Positions 36,901 to 50,696 of a DNA stretch of 52,660 nucleotides are shown one piece after another. The stretch is from the NCBI GenBank assembly GCA_003344405.1, contig NOWV01000312.1:1-52660 (forward strand). The letters are read 5' to 3'. The notes below the pieces were generated by a model. That model did no database searches. It was not told the origin of the DNA and saw nothing but the letters and a program-made list of their open reading frames with translations. The DNA comes from Trichoplax sp. H2 (lineage: Eukaryota). Position numbers and translations under genes: made by a program. Each line of letters opens with the position of its first letter. The first letter of the stretch is position 1.

Positions 36901-39796
36901 AGTATTAGGTAAACAAACTTATTCTGACATATCTGCTAATAAAGATAAGTTACAATGTAATTAGTATTAATCAGAACTTTATCTCTTTGAAAGATATACG
37001 CGTATTGTATTTAAGGTTAATCTATTTCTCTCTTTGAATACTCTATATACAAAATGTGGTACAAGAAACTTATTTCCCCGATGATCAGCCTATTTATGAA
37101 ACAATAATGGCTACAATCTAACTAGTTACTAATTTAATCGTGATGAAGGTATGCTTGTATACCGATATTGCTAAATCTCACTGCTAAAGCGAAATGATTG
37201 TATACTGGTTCATGTAACAAGCAACAATATTGCTTAGTAATTCGGATGTAATGTTAAAGTTAAATTTGGTAATGGTTTCGCTACCTTTGAGCTATCGGTG
37301 CAGGCATTTCTATTAATTTCGTAAATACTATCAGGAATAGATTGATTATAAAAAGACAAGTACATCGACATTATGGCTGATATTGCACTTATATTTTAAT
37401 TCCATTTGTGGTTATTCTTTTTATTCTAAATGGTGAATATGAGATCGGTGATTCTTTATTAACGATTTGAAATTTGCTTCATTCTTTTGTGAAATTTATA
37501 TCTAAAGGTATGAAAGTAGGATATTTAATTGTCTGTTAAAATTACAGCATCATACTATGTTTTCATGATATATAATGAAAACTCAAAGTAATTATCTTAA
37601 TGTGTCATGCCGTATTACTTTTGATATTAATTTCTGCATACTATTTTTATATTGAAAGCATTGATAAATAATTCGTTCACTTCATATACTGATGAGGGTC
37701 CCTGTTTCAGAAACGGCAATAATAATCACAATGCAACCAACTCTATGATATTAAGATTGATTAGGGCTCTTTTCTACTTAAATTCGAAAAGAAAATAAGT
37801 TCTAGGGTATTTGATTAGGATGGAAATGTACATAAAATGATAGGCCAAGCCTTTTTCAAAATACCTCGTAGGGCGAAATTTCGGCAGAAGTGAAGTTGCA
37901 ATCAGTCGTAGGCGTAAAGTATTCTAGAAATAGAATTATAGCATACATATTTTCTTACGTAGAATATAGAGCAACGTAACGTAAAAGGTTCCGTAGGAAA
38001 ATGAAGATATTGTTATTATCCAATAGAATAAAGAGTTTATTAGACATAATAACACGGAAAAATAGTTAAAAATAGGCCCAAGACTATAATAGTGATTTTA
38101 GTACTTTTGATAATATAATGAAAATTATCAAATTAAGACGTTAAGTTAACGTTATCTATGACTTTAATGATGCACGTAATGGTTATTAACATTGTTATTC
38201 TCGTACCTAATATGAATATTAGCCTTTATCTATTACTTTCTAGAATCTAATTTGTTTGTGAGATAATTTCGTCTTATAGATAATGTGATTTTTACTTATA
38301 TGGTATAATACATGGCTATAACAGTATCTTGGCAGGAAGTATCACTTGCGGGACTCATCTAGTTTCACTTCATGGGTTGCGAATTATGTCAATTTGCTTT
38401 GCATGCAAAATAATCAATATAATAATTATGAATTCCTATTCATATACTATAATCGTATACCGTACAGTGTACGATTATTACCAGATATTACTTATTACCT
38501 GACATACATATAGCTACTAATTATATAGGATGTTATATAAATAGTGAAAGACAAGCCTTAACTATCACTAGCGTTTATTATTTTATATGACAAATATAAT
38601 GAAGCAATTTAGTTGATTTATCATGTTTAGGGTGATAGATAAACAAGTTGAGGCACTGAAAAGGCATTTAAAATGCTGCATGATTGAATAATTTAGTATC
38701 ATTTGCTTTAAAGTAGGTGATTTAAAATCTGCAATATTCAAAATTATATTATGTTCTGCAAATCTCCACAGTCATTGTTTAGTAATTTCCTATCTAACAT
38801 ACGTCATTTCTAAGTAATAAATAGCTAATAAAACCTGATGGTAAGATTGATTATTTGAAGTTAACCTTATTAATAATAGAGACATGAATTAATTAAACTG
38901 TAATGGATAAATTTTTACTTACTGCTGGTAAGGCCTTAGAATAACCCAGTAGAGGAGGTCTGTCTAGTACATTTGCTTTTATTTGTTAGTAAATTGTTAT
39001 GTCATAATATTAAGGTTAGTATCAAAAACTTAATATAAATAGAATAATACCTTTAATTTACCGTAATTAAACAAGCACATGTTTTGTTGGATAAATTTAG
39101 TTATTGATCAAGTATCAGCTGTTTCGTATTATGTTATTGTCGTTACACTATTCTCTTAGTAGACTCTAGTATAGACGTTCATTATATAAGTTCATCTTTT
39201 ATTGTACCGTTTTAAATTTAACAGTAAAACAAATACACCTAACTTACTTCCATTGAAATATATCATTAAAGTCATTATCATATCATTTACTCAACATAGT
39301 AAACATAAAGCGGTGATAAATTAAGTGTTGAGAGAATTGAAAGTTTCGTGAATATTAGTTCAAAATATTTTTTTTCTCCGCTGATTTTGGTATTTTAACC
39401 TCACTAAATTTTTACTTGGTGCAAATTTTAAGCCATTCTTTAAATTTCTTATTTTACCCATCTTATCTATCCAGCCAACTAGGTTGTGATCTATATCAAT
39501 TTTCTTACTGATATTTGCCGAAGAGCCAAAAAGTTTCAAGTTGACAACTAGCTGTCTTCGATTCTCATAATTTTAACCTGGTATGGTAATTTATTAAAAT
39601 TTACCAGCTAGAGTCAGAAATTATTTCATCGTCAGATCTGGAAGGATTACACTAAGTCTTCAATCAAGGCTCTTTAGCGGCAAGTAGCATCAGATTTATT
39701 TTTATATTTTGTGTCTGGTTAGAAAGCTGCTCTCAGAACTGATCATCAAGCATATATAACTTTGCTTTCATTTTTTATTTTTACTTCATAACGATT

Positions 39797-40819
39797 ATGT
39801 TGGGCAATAGCAGCATTACTGTTAGCGATAGTCAATTAGCTATAAATGCAACAGCCACAACTAACGATAGAGTCTTTGTGGAATTTATGACTATCGTTCG
39901 GCCTGTAATATCGTCATGTATCGTCTTGATTTCTTTAATCGGCAATTTCTTAATTTGTATTATAGTTAAAAGGACTAAAATATTACATAATTTTACCAAT
40001 TACATGTTAGTTAATTACTCTGTAGCAGCTATTGTAGCTGCATTATTTTTTTACCCATTTCGTATAACACTTTATTTTCTTGATAGTGGTTACTGGCCAT
40101 TCGGTTCAATATGGTGTAAGTTGTCAATATCATTAGCTCCTATAACGGTCATAGTTTATTCACAATCATTGATTTGTATTAGTTATGCTCGATTTCGAGC
40201 AATATGCTGTCCACTAAAGCCTTCACTAAAGCCAAAATTAGCTATATTATCTTCGTTAACAATATGGTTGATAACTCTTTTATTAACAATACCGTATATG
40301 CTAATACTGGATGTACAAGAGTTTAATATTAGCAAAATTGAAGGCAAAATTATTACGAGACCATTTTGTACACGCTCTATACAACCGAAATATAAGTTAT
40401 TCATCAACGATTCATATACTATCGCACTTGTACTGCTTGCTTTTGTAATGCCTTTATTACTGATAATTTTAGCTAATACTTTGATTTATAGCGAGTTGAG
40501 AAGACTAGCCTTGCATCATCACAAGAACTCTATAACATCAATGGATAAAGAAACTGATATAGCTAAGAATAGACTGATTGCCGAGCTCAATACTATTGTT
40601 GGCGTATTCTTTTTTACACAGATGCCTTACTACTCTTATTTACTCATCACGCAATTTTCAGAAATTACTATTCTGCGCCGATGGAGTGAAATTATTAGAT
40701 TTACTTTAACCGCGACTACTTATACAACACCGGCGTTAAATGTTGTTATTTATACCTATTTTAATCCACATTTTCGCAAAGTTGTCTTCACATTATTTCA
40801 GCGTTTTTCACGGAAGTGA
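39797..40819 (+). CDS. Intronless rhodopsin-like GPCR, peptide-receptor-like
   Basis: 340-aa ORF with 7 hydrophobic segments, SLIGN, LHNFTNYMLVN, WPFGSIWCK, ISYARFRAICCPLK, FFFTQMPY and PALNVVIYTYFNPHFR. Confidence 0.93.
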   Translation: MLGNSSITVSDSQLAINATATTNDRVFVEFMTIVRPVISSCIVLISLIGNFLICIIVKRTKILHNFTNYMLVNYSVAAIVAALFFYPFRITLYFLDSGYWPFGSIWCKLSISLAPITVIVYSQSLICISYARFRAICCPLKPSLKPKLAILSSLTIWLITLLLTIPYMLILDVQEFNISKIEGKIITRPFCTRSIQPKYKLFINDSYTIALVLLAFVMPLLLIILANTLIYSELRRLALHHHKNSITSMDKETDIAKNRLIAELNTIVGVFFFTQMPYYSYLLITQFSEITILRRWSEIIRFTLTATTYTTPALNVVIYTYFNPHFRKVVFTLFQRFSRK

Positions 40820-43609
40820 ATCATTCATATTTTTATTATGTAAATTCAATATAATTGCAGATTTATATTTCCCATTAAATTATTAATTTATCAGTTAAAA
40901 ACCATGGACATAATATCTGTTATGTAAACGCCAAGGTTAACTAGTTGAAACAAATTTTCTGGAAGGAAATCAGTTAATACTTTTTGCTGTATACCACAAA
41001 TTAAAGTGTGTCAAATATTGCAAAAATTATGAATTGAATGAAATCGATAATTGTAATAGCTGTCATAATATATCGACAAGTATTCAGATAACTGCTAACA
41101 TGCAGCACTTGGATATGGAAATAGAAGTAGAAGCAAAAACGACTTTGATTTAGAAATGCTTGGTTAGTAACAGCTACTCTAATTCTACTTTACAAGCCCA
41201 TAAGTAAATTTTAAGAAAACAATTAACTTTTAATATTACTTGATGAAGTTGATTGCCTTCAATGCTTCATAATCAACTAAAGTGTATCGTTATGACTAGG
41301 TTATCGTATTTTATTCTTTTATTAGCATTCTGCAACAACAATTTAATATTCCAAAACAGAAAGGGAATTACTACCGTAATTTACTGATTTCTTACTTATT
41401 GGAACCAATTCTGTCTAGTATTTACTTGAATTTTTATTCCAAAAATTTACATGTAGATGCGTTAAAGTAATTTCGCAGTAAGGAACATAAATTTATGTCC
41501 GCTTACTCGTTAGAGTTAAACTTTTCAATTTTTTATTTTGTCTCATTGCGGTAAAGCTACTCTCTCTTAAGTCCATTGTAACATAATTGGTGATCGATTA
41601 GGGTATGAATAATAGTTTGGATTAAAAATGATCTTTATTTGCAGAAGAAACGCGTAGGACGGTATAAATTGTCCACTTTTACATAGAATTGAAATTGGTT
41701 ACTAATCCTAGCATTGTAATACAGAAACTTTTAGAGTTACATGTCAACATTCTGATATAATAGCAAAATATTGACCGATCACCCGTTTCTTTCAATGGAA
41801 ATTATAGTGTAGTGAGGGACGGAAAAGCAGAGTTCCGTATAGCTTTTAGTACGAAACTATTATTACTTTACTATAGAAAATACCTAGAAAGTGATAGTAT
41901 CTTTAAGTTTTACCCTGCCAAATTGTGATGTCGCCATCTTTTCTTCACTATTTTACAAGGCATTGTATAGATTACTACGGGAATAACCTAAGAGCAATCG
42001 CCTAATCTAAAGAAATGGTGTTTGATAGTCTATCGGGATTTTAAATGAATTCGATTTATTAACAAAGTCCTGTCCATAAAGAAAGTAGATTTGTAACATG
42101 ACCGTAAAGTACTGTAATGTACTGTAGGCTGTAATCGTACAGTTACAGTACAACTTCATGCTAAACCATTAAGTGTCAATATTAATGTTAGAAAAGTATT
42201 CATAGTTGTCATATAAAATTTTTTAATAAGGGCTCTGCGAAGTCTATAAATGAGAAGGCAATAAATCACAAAATTTAGAGTAAAGAGTAAAAGAAGATTC
42301 TTTTCAAGAACTGGGTGGTTTTTACAGGCTTTGGGGGGGGGGGTCGAACTGCTTGCAGTAAGTGAAAACATTCTTCTTTTTATTAGGTTGTTTGGTTGTC
42401 GACAGTTTCAGCTCTGCCGTCTATTTTATTTCTTATAATACTTAGAATGAAGTATTTGAAAGGTTGTTTGATTTGTCTCTCTCATGTTTATTTAGTAAAT
42501 TGTTGATCGGTTGTATGCCCAATTTTATTTTGTGCCAAAGTTTCGTTTAATGGACTAGAATGTCTAGAAAGTAGAACCAAACTTTGTTCGAATTTATGTC
42601 GCTTGATTTCTACATATTTCATTTCATTACAATAGTTAAGGAATAAAGCTCCTTTGAGCATATTACATTTTAAATAAGATTGAATAAAAAAATCAGGTAT
42701 CCGTACGAATTATTGTATTTGCTATGATAAAATTAGTGAACGAATGATTGTTTATTCCATTCATGATGGCCAGTAGACATACCCCAGGCTGCTACACGTT
42801 GTTTCATTGATTGCTTTAATTATCTTGATTAGTAAGAATAAATTAGCGATACTGAAGTAAACACTACTATAGCATTTAATAATTAACTAAATCTGTTAAT
42901 GATGCCAATTTTACTGTTAGTCGTCGTTCTCGACGAGATTGGCGTATATTTCAGACTTTACAACATAATTAAATGCCTTACCGCTTTTGATCACTGTACT
43001 CGTATCGTATTGTAATAAAATTGACTTTTACTTTATGTATATAGATTAGCAAATCATTCTTGATATTAGTTAGTTGGATCCATTGCGAATCCTCAATAGT
43101 TTGAATGAATACGTACAATCTTACCATAATTATCGATGCTGAAAACAACTATTGCATCTATAAAAGCCTAATTTAATCAATGTATGCGGAAGAGATTGCT
43201 TTGAGTGGGCAGATATCACTTTTAGTAATATTGTCTAGCTTCTTCTGCGTGCCAGCAATCTGTATTAAGTAACAGCCTCAATTGTATAATGGAGAGCTCA
43301 TTACGATTTGCTGTGCAATACCTATTACAAATAGACAAATATAGATTTACTTATTAAGGAGATGGAGACTTTCTTTGTATGTAGTCTCTTCTAATTTTGA
43401 TAAGCTCATGGCTTGAGCGCATACCTTACCGACTAGGTAAACTTAAAATAATTTACTTATTTCAGCAGGGATTGTAAAGATGACATTTACTACTGCTTTG
43501 TACTTTATTTCCAAGACATTTACTGTTAAAACTGCGTCATTTATGAGCAAAGCTATATTTGAAAATTCCTTGACCTGATCCTAATGAACTAGCCCTTGCT
43601 ACTTCCCGC

Positions 43610-45128
43610 AAAGAGACTTGTATACTGTATGTGTTCTCTTGTAGCTGTTGATAGTTGTTGTAGTCTCCTGGCTTGCGGGCTCAGCTTGTGAGCAGTACAG
43701 TTCTGCAAAACCGATCGGAAGTTTGTACTACAGCATAGTCCTTGCGTACATTGTACGCTATTGTACAGTGTATAGTACTCTTCATTAGTGTACAGTACAG
43801 TACAATGATCGTGTTCACTGTGCACTGCGCAGTGACGATACTAGGATTGCTACTAAGAAGAAGACCTACTTCTTAGCACTGTGGTCCATGAGACTATGAG
43901 TGCTCATACTGTACCATATGCTGTAATGTACTGTAATTAGAACTGCTATACGCAGATGCTATGGTGAATCATGAACTGTCTACTGGCGTTAGAATCGAAC
44001 AAAGCAAAGATGGATACTGTACTGTACTGGCAGAGTGTTCTTGTAGTCTCCTGGCTTGCGGCTTCAGCTTGTGAGCAGAACCGTACAGTGTACAGTACAG
44101 TGTACAGTTCTACAAAACCGATCGGAAGTTTGTACTGTAGCCCCTGCGTACATTGTACGCTATTGTACAGTACTGTACTGTCCATTAGCGTACTGTACAG
44201 TACAATGATCGTATTCACTGTGCACTGCGCAGTGACGACACTAGGATTGCTACTAAGAAGAAGACCTACTTCTTAGCACTGTGGTCCATGAGGCTATGAG
44301 TGCTCATACTGTACCATATGCTGTAATGTACTGTAATTAGAACTGCTATACGCAGATGCTATGGTGAATCATGAACTGTCTACTGGCGTTAGAATCTGAC
44401 AAAGTAAAGATTGGCACTGTACTGGCAGAATGTTCGTGTAGTCTCCTGGCTTGCGGGTTCAGCTTGTGAGCAGAACCGTACAATGTACTGTACACTGTAC
44501 ACTGTACTGTACAGTTCTGCAAAACCGATCGGAAGTTTGTACTGTAGCCCCTGCGTACATTGTACTGTACAGTACTGTACAGTACTATCCATTAGCGTAC
44601 AGTACAGTACAGTACAGTACAATGATCGTGTTCACGGTGCACTGCGCAGTGACGTCACTAGGATTGCTACACTGGGCACGGCAATTAGTGTGGGCCACAC
44701 TAGCTTGCGGGTTTCAGCTTGTGAGAAGAACTGTACAGTGTACAGTACAGTACAGTGTACAGTACTGGACAATTCTGCAAAACCAATCTAAAGTTTGTAC
44801 TGTACAGTACTGTACTGTAGTCCATGCGTACTGTACAGTACATTGTACGCTATTGTACAGTGTACAGTACTGTCCAAGTGTCCATTAGCGTACAATGATC
44901 GTGTGCACTGCGCAGTACTGTGACGTCACTAGGATTGCTACTGAGAAGTAGACCTACTTCTTAGCAGTGTTGCCAATGAGACTATGAGTGCTCATACTGT
45001 ACTGTACTGCATACAGCACTAGCGGATTTTTCGAGAACTGCTGTACGCAGCCGCTGTGGTGACACGTGAACTATCTACTGGCGTAAGAATCGGACAAAGT
45101 AAAGATTGATACTATACTGGCAGAGTGT
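43610..45128. repeat. Tandemly repeated ~390-bp, palindrome-rich unit (~3.5 copies) interspersed with variable GTAC(A/T) runs, directly upstream of SNRPC
   Basis: GTAGTCTCCTGGCTTGCGG starts at ~43660, ~44043 and ~44438, with a further copy from ~44703. The array ends ~85 bp before the SNRPC ATG. Confidence 0.92.
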
Positions 45129-45213
45129 GGTAGCCATCTTGAATTTTGCTCAAATTGGACATTGCAACATCTTTGTCTATAGCTTAGCTTAGAATAAATC
45201 GTAATTATTTGAA

Positions 45214-46120
45214 ATGCCTAGGTAAGCGGTACTGATAATAGTGCAATAGGATATGTTCGTAAAAGTCAATCATTCCTTGTGACGAATCGATGATGGATAT
45301 TTTTAAATTTCATTCAGATACTTTTGTGATTATTGCGACACCTTCTTGACTCATGATTCGGTAAGTGAAAGAAGTAGCAATCATTTCTACTACACATGAC
45401 TGCTGATAGAATGAACATGTGGACATACCCTCAGTAATCGGCTGGTAAACGTGCTGTCTATCTGATGCCATCTTATTTCTTATGATTATTTAGCCATCGG
45501 TTAGGAAAACGCATAATAGTGGTCGAAAGCATAAAGATAATGTTCGCTTGTATTATCAACAGTGGTACGACGAAAATATAAGAGACCAAGTTGCGCAAGG
45601 TATACAATCTCCTGCTTTTCAACAAATCATTTTATCGTTCAAAGATTATTGCCATGAATTTGATTACTGTAGCATTAGTGTAGTTTTTTACTACCGAGAG
45701 CATCTAGAAGTGGGAAAGATACTGTACTGTTATCAAGTTATTATCAAAATCAATGCAAGTCTACAGTATAACTTGAATATCTATCTACTTATCCTGTCAG
45801 GGTTGATCTTGCAATCGACTGCGCTGATCTTATAGTAGGTTAAATTAAAATCTAGCTAAGAAATGAAAAATGTTATCATTTACCATCTTGTTTTAGGCGG
45901 TAATAACAATAATTATCCAAAGTTCACTCCATACCAACCATTCAACATGCCTCCAGCGGGACCTGGAGGAATGCCAGGCTTAGGAGGTATGCCGATGATG
46001 CGACCGCCAACAGGTATGCCACCACTACCTCAAGGAATGATGCCACCGGGAATGCCTGGTGGCGTTAGAATGCCGTTTCCTCCAGGACCACCTACTAGTC
46101 AACCGCTGAAGCCAGAGTAA
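45214..46120 (+). CDS. SNRPC: U1 snRNP protein C; 4 exons at 45214-45221, 45318-45360, 45494-45599, 45897-46120
   Basis: [41 protein letters not shown] is the U1-C matrin-type zinc finger, followed by a Pro/Gly/Met-rich tail. Introns are GT-AG and in phase. Confidence 0.96.
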
Positions 46121-48802
46121 AGATGGCAAAACGTGTGGATTAAGCATCATTAGCACTATGATCTAGAAACGTGGCCGGATTCATCATTTATACGTTGACA
46201 AGATTTGCCAATTGTTTTATCTGACGAAAAGTACCAATTTAATATGAAAGTCAAGTCTTTGTAATATTTTCTACAATGTGGTGTTGTAAATAATTTTTGC
46301 CCAGTTTCTCTATCTCTACTTATATTTCTTGAAGACTTTCGCATCTGCCATGGAATTCCCCATAACAGTAACAACACTGATGCTAATGTTTTTTCACTTG
46401 ACTGAGGCGTGGACTAAATGCAATGTACGTAGCAAAGAGAATTATTCTTCACTCTCATACCTCGCTGCATTACGTTCGTGAGATACAACTGCTCGATGTA
46501 AAGCTTACCAGTTAAGCAGCAACCTGGATTTCTTCCTACTCAGTATAGATGGTCTGTGACATCAGTTCAACGAACGCGTAGATTATATAATAAATGGTTT
46601 AACTAAATTGAATTAAAATAATTATGTGCTGATAAATTAACATACGTTCAATACTTATTTCTGTGCATGAAAATCGCTCAGATAAAGGGTTAGTGTAGAT
46701 TTTTCTTACAATTTCATAATTGCCATCAGGTCAGCTTATAGTTATTTTTCGTCTAGGGTTTACCGGTATGGTAAGTTCCTAAAATAGGGTTCATGATTGC
46801 AAATACTAGATACCGCAGTAATACTAATCAATCACGACACAAATTTAGGATTCTTACGAAGTTGACTATTGAAACTGGAAAAAATTTCAGGTTAAAGCAG
46901 ATTAAATAATACTCTTTGTCATTTAAGGACAAATTATTACTATTGTTAGGAGCGCCCCTTACTTCTTAACTAACTCGAAATCTGGTAAATTTTAAATGCC
47001 AAACAATCTTTTATAAGCGACTTACTGTCATTTTACGCATAATTAGCCTAATTATATACGTAAGCTATTGAAATGGAGTATGGCCTCAATTGAAGATAGT
47101 TTCTTAAAAGTACGGTATAATATCTCATTACGAAGGTAGAAATTGAACTTACACCATGATTGGCTGTAGCATTACATAAAAATTTCGCGATTTTACCTGA
47201 ATAGCCATTGTTGATATTCAGAAAAGGGTAAAGAAAATTTACTTTATTTCATCGAGTAACGTTTGACTTAAATAGCGAATACGAAGTATAGAGCCTGTCG
47301 TGGTATAGGCTGTATAAGCTGAGATAAACTGAGAAACGATTACTATCTTGGTAAAACTGTTGCTAGTAGATCAGTGAGTTTTAATGGATGCCTAAACGAA
47401 TTGGTAATCTTTTATGACACTGACTGATTCTAATACATTAATAGCAACTAGACGATAAATGCTTTTAAATCAGTTGGATGTGAGTAATAGTTAAGCTAAA
47501 AGCTCACGTACATTTTTAGTCAGAACGATGACACCACATTTACTGATGATCTACAGTACATCTTCGTCATGCTTGCATTAATATAAGCGTACTCGTACAC
47601 AACTAACAGGCATATAAAAGAATGAGAATAATAATAAGAAGCAATTAAATTTCAGGTCCAGTGTGTCAGCAAGCCACAAAGTATTTCGTTTTGATGTAGA
47701 GTACAAACAACGTATAAAAGTGAAATAAAATAATTACATCGAATTAAAGAAGTATTCATTTACTGTTTCTGTTGAATAGTACTGTATAATAGCAAGAGCC
47801 AGATCAAACCTGCCAATGAAATGTCAAATGTTGAGTTTTATTTTCCAGTACTGGAATACAGATGTTAATGATAAGAACGATCAATGTTCACTGCCATAAG
47901 ACAATTTAATTCGTCAATAACAAGCGTAACATAAATAATACTGTATTGAACAAGATCAATAAGACAGATTAGATTTCTAAAGTTCAAAGTCGAATATTCT
48001 GAACAATTTCTATCTTCAACGGTAGCCGATTTTGAGACAATTTTCAATTAGGTTCAATAATTTCTGTCTTCTCTACTCCTTGGTCGTTCTGGTATAGTTC
48101 TAAACCATTTATAACAATGCTAATTGTTTGAGTTAGCGAAAAATTATCGTTCTCTGTTTATTAACTAATTAGATACTTTAATACAAAGCTATGCTATGGT
48201 AATATATTGGAATAGATAGTGTTGGAGCTACTGTACATTAAAAGCGAAGGATGTTTTCCGACTGCAATTTTTCAGTCATCAAATTTAATTGATTCCTTCT
48301 TCATATATAACATGGGCTATATAACATATATATATATGTATTTTTATTAAAGCAGCTAGATTCTTTATCATTGGTACATTGTATTACGAATGTCTACAAT
48401 AAGGCCAGTAAGTCAATGTTGAAGCCGAGAAACTTATACAAACTGACATATATCAATGATTTAACTTCGAAAATGAAACTAGAATCTATTTCGATCACTT
48501 AATTCTCTCATATGCGAATTGTTAAATGTTGCTTTTACTTGATGCGATGTTATATTTAACAATTTACACTGGTGATGAATAGATCAGTAATTTGATAATA
48601 TGATATAGCACAGATATTATCTCTTTTATTACTAGGATGATATCTAAGTATTGTCATTTATTTTTTGCTACCACCTATGGTATGATATAGTCTGTGTTGA
48701 TCGAATAAGTTTACTGCATACAATCGGGTATAATATCATTTTGATTGCCTACATTATGTCAATATAAAATGATCGAAGTTTTGCAAAATTTCGTTTATTA
48801 TT

Positions 48803-49183
48803 TCAATTAACAATCACATGGATGAGGTTCAAAACCTTTGAAAACATTGAATTGTATAAAATGTGAAATCTTACATGTATTCGTTTATACGATTTTATCA
48901 GATACATAAAAAGTTGATCTTGTAAATCAAGATCTGAAAGTACATAATTTCTGCAAGTATTGCAATGCCATAGGTTGTTAAAGATTGAAGGATAATTTTG
49001 ATATTTTACAATATTCTCTATAAATTTATTTAAGACAGCAAATATAGTTTGTTTATTTGTGTTCGTCCGGTGATTAATTCCGCTGTTTAATTCATCATAT
49101 TTATTGCAGACATATATTGACGCTATTGTCTGGTTAAATTCCATTGATTCATGACAAAGATACAAATACTGATCTATATCCAT
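48803..49183 (-). CDS. Hypothetical ORF or exon, unknown product
   Basis: 126 stop-free codons in very AT-rich DNA, preceded by a TTTGTTTTAG acceptor-like site; contains CNTC. No family recognised. Confidence 0.3.
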   Translation of the reverse strand: MDIDQYLYLCHESMEFNQTIASIYVCNKYDELNSGINHRTNTNKQTIFAVLNKFIENIVKYQNYPSIFNNLWHCNTCRNYVLSDLDLQDQLFMYLIKSYKRIHVRFHILYNSMFSKVLNLIHVIVN

Positions 49184-50696
49184 GAAAAGTCAAGCTTGTC
49201 TGACTAAAACAAACCATGTTTCATATATTTGATGAAACTGTAGCAATAACAACGCACTTCATAGAAAAAGACGATCATTGGTTTAATCATGTAAACTAGA
49301 TCAATTTCTAGACTAAAACGAGCGATCTGAATCCATCGAAGTGTGATTTTTTATTGATATATTAAGATGATTATAAATTTATTGATGACTTTCAAAGAAA
49401 ACACAATCTTCCTTCACTATTAAAAAAATTATATAAACTTTCAGATAAGGTCTAATTGTATGAATGATAAGTTAACCGTTTGAATTACAACGATAACATA
49501 AAATCTGCCTCCTTCAATACCGTTAACGTTACATTTTTAACTCATTTAGATATAGTTTATGGGAACGTATTATATTATTAGTCATTGTATCCTTTAATAT
49601 CAATTATTCCTTGCATAGTTAGCGGAAGTTATTTACTGCAGGTGTGCTTCACATCCAGGTTTCACCCACGGCTAATATCATAGAATTTCGAAAGAAAGGA
49701 CAAGTTCAAAACATTTAATTTCATTAGGACAGAGAAGTTGCTATTTTTATTTCAATACTTACAAAATTTCTCCTCTTATAAGGTCAATCAGTCTATATTA
49801 TTTTCTGCTAATGCAAAGCCACATAATACTACTTAATTATCGTTACAATTAATTTAGGTTCTTATTTTATAAATCAAATCTGATGTGAAATTTTAATACG
49901 AAACAATAATATGGCATCTTTTCTTCAGGGTTGTGATACTGCTTAAAATAGTCGCTCCATCAATTTTTATTTTAACTTATGCCAGCAAGGGACTTACTTT
50001 GAACTAGAATTGGTAATCGTCCATGTGATGATTAATTCCTGCGCCTAATTTGATACAAAAATGAGGCAAATCTTGTAATAGCTTGCAAATCCGTATATTC
50101 CCAGCTACATATGATTCAACAATACAGCCTTGGATATAATCAAATCTAATATTAATACGCTGTTATTACTTTTTAAAAATAAGCAACATAATTTTACTGA
50201 TTTCGACATATATTTTTGGTGTCTAATTATAATAATGATAATATAAAATTTAACCTTAATTATTATGAACTCATTCGACTAAAATATTATTTTTATAAAT
50301 AAATCATATTAGAATAGAATAGTTCGGAGAAGGGTTCGTTGAACAGGAAAGTGGCATGATTGAATATTTGCAAAGCCGAATTGAATTGGATAATGACTTC
50401 GTTAAACAAAGAACTGCAGTATGCTATGGTGTGAAATTAGAATTGACATGAACCACAATGAAATATTAACATAGAAATTATTAGCTCAATAGCTATTTAT
50501 GTCGTCCTTTTTTGTAGAGATATGACAAGAATATTAGTTATTATCCATCAATAACGTTTAGTGCAGGTGTTCGAAATTTGATTGAATACTAAATAAGTCA
50601 TACAAATTTATGCATGAAATGATATATATATAAATGACCAAATATCGTATTTAAATTAATTTATCGTTCAGATCATAAAAATACATTGACGCAATA

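Noticed and set aside
45361..45493. Possible C/D snoRNA in SNRPC intron 2
   Set aside because: CTGA is present, but there is no convincing RTGATGA C box or terminal stem.
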